DNA of 64,000 nt from Candidatus Woesearchaeota archaeon (GCA_964385425.1 CAYLOQ010000002.1:12714-76713); one strand, 5' to 3'; shown: positions 1 through 9,750, counted from the first letter of the stretch. Made by a program: numbers and translations. The notes: generated from the sequence alone by a model not told the origin.

Positions 1-210
1 AGGATGCAATGGTTTAAATTGTAAATATTTAAAACCTGAGTTCTCAAAGAAAAACTGCTCTCCTGTATCTCTTTTAAACAATTGAATAATCTTTACCTTT
101 AACCCCCTTCCTAAAGCCCTAACTAGTAACCCCATTCCTGTAGAAGTTTTTCCTTTTCCTTCTCCAGTGTATACGTGCACCAGACCAAGACCCCTCTGTT
201 CTTCTTTCAT
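1..210 (-). CDS. cobO: cob(I)alamin (corrinoid) adenosyltransferase CobO/BtuR, 5' end only (gene runs off window)
   Basis: Reverse-complement translation from ATG at 210: MKEEQRGLGLVHVYTGEGKGKTSTGMGLLVRALGRGLKV..., the P-loop YTGxGKGKTT signature of CobA/CobO family. Start codon overlaps the stop of the MazG-like gene (ATGA). Confidence 0.7.
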   Translation of the reverse strand, partial: MKEEQRGLGLVHVYTGEGKGKTSTGMGLLVRALGRGLKVKIIQLFKRDTGEQFFFENSGFKYLQFKPLHP

Positions 211-554
211 TTTGTAATATTATCCTCGGAATTTTTATGATCGTACTTATCAAGAATTTCTTTCCCAACAAGATTAAAGGCTTCTTCAATGTCTACATTT
301 AATTGATTTGCAAGCCTACATAAACCGAAAAATAAATCTCCAACACCATCAATAAAAATATCTTTATTTTCTTCAACAAATTTTATTCTTTCTTCTTCTG
401 ATTTATATCTTAAGTGCTGAGACATTTCAATTAATTCTTCGTGCAAATGGTCAAACTTATCCACATTTGGGACATCCTTCCAGTTATTCCTCTCAGAAAA
501 AATTTTTACTAATTGCTGGGCTTCCTTCATGCCAGTTATACGTTTATCTTCCAT
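207..554 (-). CDS. MazG-like nucleotide pyrophosphohydrolase domain protein
   Basis: 115 aa; EExxE...GDLFFGL...VDIEEAF pattern typical of small MazG/NTP-PPase all-alpha proteins. Confidence 0.65.
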   Translation of the reverse strand: MEDKRITGMKEAQQLVKIFSERNNWKDVPNVDKFDHLHEELIEMSQHLRYKSEEERIKFVEENKDIFIDGVGDLFFGLCRLANQLNVDIEEAFNLVGKEILDKYDHKNSEDNITK

Positions 555-599
555 AATAACCCTCTATTAGAAGTGGTTTATATAATTATTTATCCTCAA

Positions 600-3077
600 C
601 TAACACTTTGAATAACCACAATCAAAACAAGTTGGTTCAAAACATCCAGAAACCATACTCACATTGGCACTAAAGCATTTAGGACAGGAAATTTTGAAAT
701 CATTTTGTTTTTCTTCAATCACCTGGTTATTTATCTTTCCGTTATTCTGGGGATCATTTGGTTTTAATCTACCTAGTTTAATTAAACTTTTTCTTAGTGC
801 TGTTGAAAGTGCATGGGGTATGGAATCTATCCTATTTTTTCCAAACCCGTATGGTTTTTCGGATTTTACAGAATTCAGATGCTTGAGAATTTTTACGGGA
901 TCTCCCCCCAACTCGAAATATTTTGAGAGCACTATTGCCAGTGCATTTGACAACCCTGAAATCTCTGTTCCACAAGGTGTTTTGTTCGCAAAGATTTTTG
1001 AGACGCCCTCCTCATCATAGTTTACATGAATGTGGATCGGTCCATGTCCTGTCTCAATCTGATAATAATCTGAAAATTCTTCGAGCTTCCCCTTTTCTTT
1101 TTTTTCTGTTTTTTTATCATTGATATTCAAAACCTGGAATTTTTTAGAACCATCCCGATAAATAGTAACTCCTTTTGCCCCATGTTTGTAAGCAAGCAGG
1201 TAAACTTCATTAACATCCTGAACAGTTGCATCGTTTTTTAAATTGACTGTTTTTGATACGGCATTGTCTGTATACTTTTGGAAAGCACATTGCATCATGA
1301 CGTGATCTCTAGGGCTTAGATCATGAGATGTTAAAAATAAATGTTGTATTTCTTCTGGAATTTCTTTAATCCCTTTAAGTGATTTATGATTATTGTTTAT
1401 TTTCGTATATAGTTCTTCTTGCCCTAAACCAAAATAATCATTTTCTTTAGAAATTTTTTCAAATAACGGATTAACCTCAAAGAAAACATCTTTTTCCATC
1501 GGTTTTTCCCCTTTTTTTAGAGCGTCAATTCCCTGGGCATTATATCTTGTATAAACTATAGCAAAAAAAGGCTCTATTCCAGCACCCTGTAATCCAGCAG
1601 TAATCCCTATAGTCCCTGTGGGGGCAATGGTGGTTCTTGCAGAATGTCGTGGATAAAATTCCTGTTCTCTAAAATAAGGCCCCTCCTTGTCATAAATAGA
1701 ATTTTTCCAAGCAGGAAAGATACCCCTCTTCTCCGCTAATTCTTCCGAAGCTCTCATACAGGAAACATTAATGAACTGCATAACTTCTTCTGCTTTTTCC
1801 AATGCTTCTTTAGAATTATACGGGACCCCCATCATAACCAAAGATTCTGCCCACCCCATAACACCCAAACCAATCCTCCTGGTTTTCTTAGCCACCCTCT
1901 CTATTTCTGGTATTGGGTAATTATTGATATCAATAACATTATCTAGGAAATGTGTGCAGGCAAATACACATTTTTTTAAAGCTTCATAATCAAAATCAGA
2001 ATTATCTTCTTTTATAAATTTTGAAAGGTTAATTGAACCTAAATTACAGGGTTCGTATGGAAGTAAGGGTTGTTCTCCACAAGGGTTTGTCGCTTCTATC
2101 TGTCCTAAATTAGGGGTTGCGTTACTTCCTGTATTATTTATTCTGTCAATAAAGATTATCCCTGGATCCCCTGTTTCCCAAGCACCTTTCACTAATTTTT
2201 CCCACACTTCTTTTGCGTTTAATTTCCCAACTGCTTCACCATCCCTTGGATTTATAAGTTCATATTCCTCATTATTTCTTACAGCCCCCATAAATTTCTC
2301 ATCTACTGTTACAGACACATTAAAATTCTCCATAACACCCTGAGTTTTTTTCATTTCTATAAATTCTAGAATGTTTGGGTGTGTGTAATGAAGAATACCC
2401 ATGTTGGCCCCTCTTCTAGTCCCTCCTTGTTTAACAACTTCCGTGGATTTATCAAATATCTGCATAAATGTAACAGGTCCTGAAGAGACGCCTGTTGTTG
2501 ATTTTACAAGATCCCCTGTAGGTCTTAATCTTGAAAAAGAAAACCCTGTTCCACCACCACTCTGATGTATTAAAGCCATATTTTTGACAGAAGAATAAAT
2601 GTCTTCAATAGAATCTTCAACAGGTAAAACATAACACGCACTCAATTGCTGTAAATCTCTTCCGGCATTCATTAGGGTTGGAGAATTTGGAAGAAACTTG
2701 AAATTGGAAAGCAGTTCATAGAATTTTTCTTCAGTTTCAGAAATTATCTCCGGATTTTTTCTATTAATTTTCTCTAGATTTTCAAGGAATTTTCTGAAAT
2801 TCCTATATCTAAAATCAGGACTTTTAAAATCCCCATGGAGTAAAAATAGATTAACCATTCTTTTTCTAGACTCATATGGAACTCTTTCGTAATCCACCCC
2901 TTCAAAAATGTCAGATTCTGATACTTTTTCAGAATGCAAAATATTAGAAAGCGCAATATTATGACAAATATTTCTCAACCATTCTTCTATAGTTGGAGAC
3001 CCCTTCAAATATTTGTCTTTTATGACCTTCAGTTGATTTTCAGTTAAATCTAATTTTGTTAATTGCTTTAGTTCCAT
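600..3077 (-). CDS. nrdJ: adenosylcobalamin-dependent ribonucleotide reductase (class II, NrdJ)
   Basis: 825 aa; NPCGEQPLLPYEPCNLGSINL active-site motif, C-terminal CxxC...CxxC zinc ribbon; no intein insertion. Confidence 0.9.
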   Translation of the reverse strand: MELKQLTKLDLTENQLKVIKDKYLKGSPTIEEWLRNICHNIALSNILHSEKVSESDIFEGVDYERVPYESRKRMVNLFLLHGDFKSPDFRYRNFRKFLENLEKINRKNPEIISETEEKFYELLSNFKFLPNSPTLMNAGRDLQQLSACYVLPVEDSIEDIYSSVKNMALIHQSGGGTGFSFSRLRPTGDLVKSTTGVSSGPVTFMQIFDKSTEVVKQGGTRRGANMGILHYTHPNILEFIEMKKTQGVMENFNVSVTVDEKFMGAVRNNEEYELINPRDGEAVGKLNAKEVWEKLVKGAWETGDPGIIFIDRINNTGSNATPNLGQIEATNPCGEQPLLPYEPCNLGSINLSKFIKEDNSDFDYEALKKCVFACTHFLDNVIDINNYPIPEIERVAKKTRRIGLGVMGWAESLVMMGVPYNSKEALEKAEEVMQFINVSCMRASEELAEKRGIFPAWKNSIYDKEGPYFREQEFYPRHSARTTIAPTGTIGITAGLQGAGIEPFFAIVYTRYNAQGIDALKKGEKPMEKDVFFEVNPLFEKISKENDYFGLGQEELYTKINNNHKSLKGIKEIPEEIQHLFLTSHDLSPRDHVMMQCAFQKYTDNAVSKTVNLKNDATVQDVNEVYLLAYKHGAKGVTIYRDGSKKFQVLNINDKKTEKKEKGKLEEFSDYYQIETGHGPIHIHVNYDEEGVSKIFANKTPCGTEISGLSNALAIVLSKYFELGGDPVKILKHLNSVKSEKPYGFGKNRIDSIPHALSTALRKSLIKLGRLKPNDPQNNGKINNQVIEEKQNDFKISCPKCFSANVSMVSGCFEPTCFDCGYSKC

Positions 3078-3512
3078 TTACAAATCCTTTAACTCATTTT
3101 TAAAATCTTTGATGTCTTGAAAATCTCTATAGACAGAAGCAAATCTTATGTAGGCAACATTGTCGAGTTTTTTTATTTTCTTCATAACTAATTCACCAAT
3201 TGTAGAACTCCTAATCTCCTTTTTTCCCTTTCTTCTCAATTGCTCTTCAATTTCATTTATCATCTTCTCTATTTTTTCTTTTGATATGGGCCTTTTTTCA
3301 AAAGCTTTCTCAAAACCCTTTTCTAATTTTTCCCTGTTAAACTTTTCCCTGCTCCCATCTTTTTTTATGACATACAGGTCACTCTTGCTTATTTTTTCGT
3401 AAGTCGTAAACCTCTTTTTACAATTTAAGCACTCTCTCCGCCTCCTTATTCCCTCAGGAGATTTTCTCTTGTCGGTTACTTTTGAAGCACCAATACAGTA
3501 CGGACATTCCAT
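3078..3512 (-). CDS. nrdR: transcriptional repressor NrdR (zinc ribbon + ATP-cone)
   Basis: MECPYCIGASKVTDKR...RRRRECLNCKKRFTTYEKI...VIKKDGSREKFNREKL matches NrdR architecture; stop abuts nrdJ start (operon). Confidence 0.85.
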   Translation of the reverse strand: MECPYCIGASKVTDKRKSPEGIRRRRECLNCKKRFTTYEKISKSDLYVIKKDGSREKFNREKLEKGFEKAFEKRPISKEKIEKMINEIEEQLRRKGKKEIRSSTIGELVMKKIKKLDNVAYIRFASVYRDFQDIKDFKNELKDL

Positions 3513-3646
3513 ATAAACTACAACATGTTGTACTTTAAATATGTTTGGATTCTATAAGTTGTATAATTATAGATTTAAAACTAAAGAGTATTTAAAGCTT
3601 TCTTTATACTCCAGCGGGATGACACGAGGGATTTTTAAAAACTTCC

Positions 3647-4048
3647 TCATAAAAAAACCACATTCAGAAATATCAGAAGGGTTATGAAAGAAGAAATCAG
3701 ACAATAGAAACAATAATTCTTTAAGATTTTTGCCTGGACAAAGACTAAAAAACCAGAGAACAAGACCGCTATTCCAGAGCCAATTATTAAAATTGTTTTA
3801 ACTATCCCATCTGAATCAAAAAATAATAAAATTGCTCCAATAATAATTCCTATGTAAAATAACAAGCCAAGAATGTCGTTTCTTATAAAAAAAGTTTTAT
3901 TCCATTTACTTTCTAATACAACATTACAATCATCTCCAATAGGACACACCATTGGCTGTTTTCTGCTGTTCTTCCAGATTAAGTATGCTGTATCTACCAT
4001 CCCCAATACACCTAATACAATTAATGTAGCAATGAATTGAACTTCCAT
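3647..4048 (-). CDS. vitamin K epoxide reductase (VKOR) family membrane protein
   Basis: 4-5 TM helices, loop Cys pair (VCPIGDDC) and TM CxxC (CFYC) as in VKOR. Confidence 0.55.
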   Translation of the reverse strand: MEVQFIATLIVLGVLGMVDTAYLIWKNSRKQPMVCPIGDDCNVVLESKWNKTFFIRNDILGLLFYIGIIIGAILLFFDSDGIVKTILIIGSGIAVLFSGFLVFVQAKILKNYCFYCLISSFITLLIFLNVVFL

Positions 4049-4049
4049 C

Positions 4050-4430
4050 TTATTTCTCCTTGCGGGAAAGTATAGCTAGAGCAATTGCCATAAATAAAAT
4101 AGCAATGTCTCTAAATACAATATCGAATAAAAACATGTTTGCCATTACAATAACAACCATGGTCAATGCAGAAAGAATAGAGGCCTGGAATATTTTTTTA
4201 TTAGACAATAGCCAGGCACCGAGAGCAATTTCGTAAATGGAAAACAAGATAAGAAATATTGATGCTGGAAATATATCTATTATAAAGCCAGGGACAAACC
4301 CTATCCAGTTTTCTGGAGCCAAAAGAGAAGCAATTCCGGAATAGAGAAAAACAATTGTAAGACCAGATCTCAAGAAAAAAGAAATAAGGGATTCACGCTT
4401 AAATTTCTCCTTAACCATCTTAATTAACAA
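4050..4430 (-). CDS. DoxX-like small integral membrane protein
   Basis: 126 aa, 4 predicted TM segments, DoxX-like size/topology; adjacent to VKOR. Weak. Confidence 0.35.
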   Translation of the reverse strand: MLIKMVKEKFKRESLISFFLRSGLTIVFLYSGIASLLAPENWIGFVPGFIIDIFPASIFLILFSIYEIALGAWLLSNKKIFQASILSALTMVVIVMANMFLFDIVFRDIAILFMAIALAILSRKEK

Positions 4431-4905
4431 CTATTGTTCCTGTCAAAGAAGATCTTAAGTGATCGTGATATCCCCAGCTCCCCTTTTCATTAAAGGTAAA
4501 AGAATATGATCCTCCGGCCCTAACACCGCTACACGCATCAAAAGTACTCCCTTCATCAGAACCTCCACACTTGTTTATCGAAGATCCAGGGTATACTGTA
4601 TGGGTTGGGTGAACAGCTGATGCTGGCCAATGACTTCTAGAATCTAGGTTAGTCCACATAACCGTATCACCAGAGTTTATTTCCATGGTTCTTGGTGAAA
4701 ATCCAGAAGAAGTTATCTCTACAGTTACTGTTTTACTCGTCGGTTCATTAACACCTTCCTCAACACCAATAGTAATGCTCGGCTGTTGCTCTTCTGGTTC
4801 TTGACCTGTTTGAGCTTCCTGGTTCCCAGAAAACACGAATATAAAGATACCTATTATAACAACCAATGCAACAACAATAAGTCCCACAATACCGCCTGTT
4901 TTCAT
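4420..4905 (-). CDS. secreted cupredoxin-like protein (putative copper-binding)
   Basis: N-terminal TM/signal, Gln/Glu-rich linker, C-terminal beta domain with His/Cys clusters (SHWP...CGG...YHDH) resembling cupredoxin-like folds. Confidence 0.4.
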   Translation of the reverse strand: MKTGGIVGLIVVALVVIIGIFIFVFSGNQEAQTGQEPEEQQPSITIGVEEGVNEPTSKTVTVEITSSGFSPRTMEINSGDTVMWTNLDSRSHWPASAVHPTHTVYPGSSINKCGGSDEGSTFDACSGVRAGGSYSFTFNEKGSWGYHDHLRSSLTGTIVVN

Positions 4906-5106
4906 ATGAAACCTAAGAATATGTGATTTATAAAATTTTCTTCAGACAGTTAAATTAATAAATATCTATTTTTTCTCTACTAAACGTTTTCTAGATTAAA
5001 ATGACTAAAATAGTAATGGCTAAGGAAAGGAAAGCTTCTGAAATAAAGAAGGTATTGCACCCTTTGTAAAAGATTATATATACACATACTAAAAGTATTT
5101 AAAGGT

Positions 5107-6120
5107 ATGGTGTATAAATCTTATATGTTTTATAATAATTTATCCAAAAAGAAAATTATGAAGATATATTCTTTTGTTATAAATAAAAGAAAAAAAGAAG
5201 GTTTTGGACAGAGGAAATTATCTCGGTTGGTTAATAAGAAACTTGGTACTAACATTCATGAAAACACAATTGCTAACTGGATTTATCTTGGAAAAGTTCC
5301 GTTTGGAAATGAAAAAACACAATTCAAACCATTACCAAAACCAACGAAAGAAGAACTTTACAAACCATATATTGAAGAAAAACAGAGTGCCCAAAAAATT
5401 TCTAAAAAATATAAAGTTTCAACTATTGTGGTTATTAATTGGATAAAAAATTATAATATTCCAATAAGAACACATAAAGAATCTATGAATACCTTCACCG
5501 TTAAAGAGATTTTGAGAAATAAAAAATTAAAACAACCAAAGAAGTCTTTTATTAAATTATCTCCAGCGAAGGCATATATTTTAGGTGTTTTATGTGGAGA
5601 TGGTCATATTAACAAGAAAAGTGTTAGGTTTGAAATAAGAAAGGACAAGGAATTTATTGAAAAATTTTCAAGCTGTTTTAAAGAAGTTTATGGTATTAAA
5701 TATAAACATTATTATTATGCTAAGAGAGATACTTATATTTTATATGTTTCCTCCCAAATAATTTGTAGAGATTTATTAAATTATGGTGATTTTGGAACTT
5801 TTGTCTGGAAAGTTCCTAAGGGAGTTTTGAATAGTAAAAGTGATAAAATTATTTCCAATTTCTTAAAAGGATTTTATGATAGCGAGGGATCTGCCAGTAG
5901 ATACTGTGTTAGTGTTTCTTCATCAAATAAAGTTGGAATAAAGGACATAAGTTTGTTATTATTTAAATTTGGGATTAAAAATAAAATTATACTTACTAAA
6001 AAAAATCATTATGTGATTAACATTACTGGAAGAGAAAGACTTAAAACGTTTAGAGATGGGATAGGTTTTACCATTAAAAGAAAAATGAAGAATATTTATA
6101 TCAAAAATGACACGGATTAA
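5107..6120 (+). CDS. free-standing LAGLIDADG homing-endonuclease family protein with N-terminal HTH domains
   Basis: Two LAGLIDADG motifs: AYILGVLCGDGHI and FLKGFYDSEGSA; N-terminal basic HTH-like segments. 3' end overlaps the helicase start by 14 nt. Confidence 0.8.
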   Translation: MVYKSYMFYNNLSKKKIMKIYSFVINKRKKEGFGQRKLSRLVNKKLGTNIHENTIANWIYLGKVPFGNEKTQFKPLPKPTKEELYKPYIEEKQSAQKISKKYKVSTIVVINWIKNYNIPIRTHKESMNTFTVKEILRNKKLKQPKKSFIKLSPAKAYILGVLCGDGHINKKSVRFEIRKDKEFIEKFSSCFKEVYGIKYKHYYYAKRDTYILYVSSQIICRDLLNYGDFGTFVWKVPKGVLNSKSDKIISNFLKGFYDSEGSASRYCVSVSSSNKVGIKDISLLLFKFGIKNKIILTKKNHYVINITGRERLKTFRDGIGFTIKRKMKNIYIKNDTD

Positions 6121-8692
6121 ATTTATCCAAAAACCGAACTCTAATAAAGAAATCCATTCGGTTTTACATCCAATTGTTTCAGGTTGGTTTAAGAAGAAAT
6201 TCGGATCCTTTTCAGAATCCCAAAAATATTCCATAGTCCCAATCGAAAAAAGGAAAAATATACTTTTATCCTCTCCCACTGGAAGTGGTAAAACCTTATC
6301 AGCCTTTACTTCTATACTAAGTCACCTTATTGGGTTATCCGAGAAGGGAAAATTAGAGAACAAAATCTATGCAGTTTATACATCCCCATTAAAAGCATTA
6401 GCTGGAGATATTGAGGTTAATTTAATACAACCATTAAAAGAATTAGAAGAGTTGGCAGGTAAGAAATTTGGAATTAGAATCAGTTTAAGAACAGGAGATA
6501 CAACAACAGCAGAAAGAACCAAAATGCTAAAAAATCCACCACATATCTTTATAACAACTCCTGAATCTTTAGCTATAGTATTAACAAGTAAAAAATTCAT
6601 AGATCATCTGAGAGAAGTTGAATTTTGCATTGTTGATGAGATCCATTCTTTGGATAATAAACGAGGAACCTACCTGAGTCTTACGCTAGAAAGACTAAAC
6701 GAAGTCTCCTCTGTTTGGCCTGTGAAAATCGGGCTCAGCGCAACAATAGAACCAATGGAAGAAGTTGCAAAATACTTGGTTGGAATTTCAGAAGACAGAA
6801 CAGTAGAGCTAGCAAAAATTAATCTGAATAAAAAAATGGACATCCAGGTTCTAAGTCCTGTTAAAGATATTGTTGAGGATGAAGGATTACATTTGAAAAT
6901 GTACAATCTTATTTCAACCCTGATTCTACAACATAAGACAACCTTAATTTTTACAAATACACGGTCTGCAACAGAACGCGTTGTTAACTACCTAAAAGAG
7001 CGATTCCCAACAGAATATGGGGATGATAACATAGCTGCCCATCATTCTTCCCTTAGCAAGGATCATAGATTCGATATAGAAGAAAAACTTAGGGATGGGA
7101 AACTTAAGGTTGTTGTTTGCTCTACTAGTTTGGAACTGGGAATTGATATAGGATATATAGATCTTGTTTTAATGCTCGGATCCCCAAAATCCAGTTCAAG
7201 AGCATTACAAAGGTTGGGAAGAGCAGGTCATAAGCTCCATAATATTTCAAAGGGAAGATTTGTTATTTTAGACAGAGACGACCTTGTGGAATGTTCTGTT
7301 ATCCAAAAAGAAATGGTTGAAAGAAAAATAAACAAGATTAAGTTCCCGAAAAATTGCCTCGATGTTCTTGCACAGCAGATTTATGGTATGGCCATCTATA
7401 AAGTCTGGAAGGACAAAGAACTCTTAGAATTGATAAGAAAGAGTTATTGTTACCATTCTCTGCCAAAAAATGATTTCTTAGATATAATAAGCTACTTGTC
7501 TGGAGAATATGCATTGGAGAAAAATAACGTCTATGGAAAAATTTGGTATGATCCAGAGACCAAAGAAATAGGAAAAAGAGGAAAACTGGCCCGTGTCCTC
7601 TATCTGACTAACATAGGGACAATTCCGGAAGAATCTTTTGTAAAAGTAAAAATAGCCAGCACACAAGAAAATATTGGCGTGATTGACGAATCGTTTTTAT
7701 CAAGGATGAGGAAGGGGGATGTTTTTGTTCTTGGCGGAAGAAAATACCTTTATAGATATACTAGAGGAATGAACCTCTATGTCGCATCAGAAGTTTCTAG
7801 GAATCCGAACATCCCTTCTTGGTTTTCAGAGATGTTGCCTTTAAGTTTTGATTCTGCTTCGGAAATAAATACATTTAGAAAATTAATGAATAAAAAACTT
7901 GGCTCCAACGACCCAAAAAATCAAATTACAAAATTTATCATGTCTTACCTGTATGTCCCAGAAGCTACAGCAGAGGCTATTTATAATTATTTTCTGGAAC
8001 AACACTCTTTTTTAGAAATTCCTCATAAAAATAGCATAGTTGTAGAGAAATTTATTGATCAAGAAAAAAAATATTTAATCTTTCACACCCTCTACGGTCG
8101 CAGGGTAAACGATGTCTTATCAAGAGCACTGGGTTATATTATTGGAGATCTTGGAGGAAGAGATGTTGAACTGGGGATTTCAGATAACGGCTTCTACTTG
8201 TCAGGAGAAAACATGATGATTAAAAGAGCACTCAAAACTCTGAGGGAAAAGAATCTGGAAGATATATTAAAAGAATCGATAGAAAGAACAGATGTTTTAG
8301 CCCGCAGATTTAGGCATTGCGCAACAAGGGCTCTTATGATTTTAAGAAGCTATAAAGGAAGAAGAAAAACTGTTGGGAAGCAGCAGATGAAATCCCATTT
8401 TCTACTTGCTGCAGTTAGAAAAATAAGTAAAGAATTTCCAATATTAAGAGAAGCTAGGAGAGAAGTTTTAGAAGACTTAATGGATATTGAAAACTCAATG
8501 CTAGTTCTCCAGGATATAGAAAAAGGAAAGACAAAGATAAAAATATTAGAAACTAAGCTTCCTTCTCCATTTGCCCTAAATTTAATTTTGCAAGGACATT
8601 CAGATTTAATCAGGATCGAAGATAAGCAGGATTTTTTGAGAAGAATGCACAAGCTTCACATCCAAAACATATTTGAAAATGCAGGAGATTAA
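6107..8692 (+). CDS. lhr: Lhr-family ATP-dependent helicase (Lhr-core, superfamily 2)
   Basis: Walker A SSPTGSGKT, DEIH box, SAT, QRLGRAGH motif VI, long C-terminal Lhr-type extension; 861 aa. Confidence 0.85.
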   Translation: MTRIKFIQKPNSNKEIHSVLHPIVSGWFKKKFGSFSESQKYSIVPIEKRKNILLSSPTGSGKTLSAFTSILSHLIGLSEKGKLENKIYAVYTSPLKALAGDIEVNLIQPLKELEELAGKKFGIRISLRTGDTTTAERTKMLKNPPHIFITTPESLAIVLTSKKFIDHLREVEFCIVDEIHSLDNKRGTYLSLTLERLNEVSSVWPVKIGLSATIEPMEEVAKYLVGISEDRTVELAKINLNKKMDIQVLSPVKDIVEDEGLHLKMYNLISTLILQHKTTLIFTNTRSATERVVNYLKERFPTEYGDDNIAAHHSSLSKDHRFDIEEKLRDGKLKVVVCSTSLELGIDIGYIDLVLMLGSPKSSSRALQRLGRAGHKLHNISKGRFVILDRDDLVECSVIQKEMVERKINKIKFPKNCLDVLAQQIYGMAIYKVWKDKELLELIRKSYCYHSLPKNDFLDIISYLSGEYALEKNNVYGKIWYDPETKEIGKRGKLARVLYLTNIGTIPEESFVKVKIASTQENIGVIDESFLSRMRKGDVFVLGGRKYLYRYTRGMNLYVASEVSRNPNIPSWFSEMLPLSFDSASEINTFRKLMNKKLGSNDPKNQITKFIMSYLYVPEATAEAIYNYFLEQHSFLEIPHKNSIVVEKFIDQEKKYLIFHTLYGRRVNDVLSRALGYIIGDLGGRDVELGISDNGFYLSGENMMIKRALKTLREKNLEDILKESIERTDVLARRFRHCATRALMILRSYKGRRKTVGKQQMKSHFLLAAVRKISKEFPILREARREVLEDLMDIENSMLVLQDIEKGKTKIKILETKLPSPFALNLILQGHSDLIRIEDKQDFLRRMHKLHIQNIFENAGD

Positions 8693-9413
8693 TTTTCAAT
8701 TCATAGACAAAACGGCATTTTTCCCTGAAAAAGGAATCCTCGTAATTGGAGATTTGCACATAGGTTATGATTACTCTTTGATTCAGTCAGGAATCTTGAT
8801 TCCAGAGAGACAGGTTAAAGAAATAATAGGGGACCTCAAGGTAACCTTCAGCAAAATAAAGAAAAAAGGATATGATCTTAAAAAAATAGTTTTTCTAGGA
8901 GATATAAAACATTCTTTTTCTTATGAGCCCAAAGAAAGAAACGAGTTTCACGAGGTTCTTGAGTTTCTTAGGGGGGTTTTGCCAGAAGAAAATATAATAC
9001 TAATAAAAGGGAACCACGATACAATTGATTACACTTTTGAAGGGTTAATGAAAGAATATTATCTAGAAGGAGACATGGCATTTCTTCATGGCAACAAATC
9101 ATTTCCAGAAATCTTCGACAAGAAAATAAAAATTATTGTTATGGGACATCTTCATCCTTCTATAATACTCGAAGAAAAACCAGGAGTTAAAAAAGAAGAT
9201 TTTAAGTGTTTTCTTCAAGGAAGGTATAAGAAAAAAACATTCTTGGTTGTTCCAAGTTTCCTTAATATAATTGAGGGTTCTAATGTAAATGAATATGCTT
9301 CGAGGGAAAATAATGACTTCTCCATAGTTCCCAAAAAAGCTCTTCTAAACTTTAACGCACATGTAATCGGAAAAGAGGATGTTTATGATTTTGGGAAGGT
9401 TAGAGATTTGTAA
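8673..9413 (+). CDS. metallophosphoesterase (MPE-like, calcineurin-fold phosphoesterase)
   Basis: GDLHIG...GDIKHS...GNHD...GHLHP metal-binding motifs; overlaps the lhr stop as in bacterial Lhr-MPE operons. Confidence 0.75.
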   Translation: MKMQEINFQFIDKTAFFPEKGILVIGDLHIGYDYSLIQSGILIPERQVKEIIGDLKVTFSKIKKKGYDLKKIVFLGDIKHSFSYEPKERNEFHEVLEFLRGVLPEENIILIKGNHDTIDYTFEGLMKEYYLEGDMAFLHGNKSFPEIFDKKIKIIVMGHLHPSIILEEKPGVKKEDFKCFLQGRYKKKTFLVVPSFLNIIEGSNVNEYASRENNDFSIVPKKALLNFNAHVIGKEDVYDFGKVRDL

Positions 9414-9479
9414 AAATTTAAAATAGTAACATTTAATAATAAATAAATTCTTATATTTATGAAAGGGGGTGAATACTTA

Positions 9480-9623
9480 ATGACATCAAAAAAAGTGATG
9501 GGTTGGGGAGCAGTGGTTGTTGCAGTACTTATGGCACTAACCGAATGGCAAAATTGGTCTGGAGGTCTTAACTACTTATGGGCTGTCCTCGTAGCTGTTT
9601 GGGGAGTTATGAGCCTTAAATAA
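9480..9623 (+). CDS. small hydrophobic protein (47 aa)
   Basis: ATG 9480 preceded by GGGGGTG; MTSKKVMGWGAVVVAVLMALTEWQNWSGGLNYLWAVLVAVWGVMSLK, two TM helices. Not in ORF track (short). Confidence 0.3.
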   Translation: MTSKKVMGWGAVVVAVLMALTEWQNWSGGLNYLWAVLVAVWGVMSLK

Positions 9624-9679
9624 AACGACCGTAATTTATTATTTTTTTAATTTTTTTTTAGAATTCTTTTAGATTAAAA

Positions 9680-9750
9680 TGGGCCCAGAGAGAATCGAAC
9701 TCCCATCTCCTGGGCTGGAACCAGGTAGTCTACCATTAGCCTATGGACCC
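9680..9750 (-). tRNA. tRNA-Trp (anticodon CCA), no intron, CCA not encoded
   Basis: Minus-strand GGGTCCA acceptor / TGGGCCC, anticodon stem CCTGG/CCAGG with loop TTCCAGC, T-arm GGGAG-TTCGATT-CTCTC. D-arm pairing is weak. Confidence 0.65.

Noticed and set aside
664-1123. ORFs 664..1020(+) and 923..1123(+) inside nrdJ
   Set aside because: Antisense to a strongly supported 825-aa RNR gene; low-complexity translations; spurious.
6376-8652. Minus-strand ORFs inside lhr (6376..6600, 6670..6906, 7478..7666, 8350..8652)
   Set aside because: Antisense within a well-supported helicase gene; spurious.
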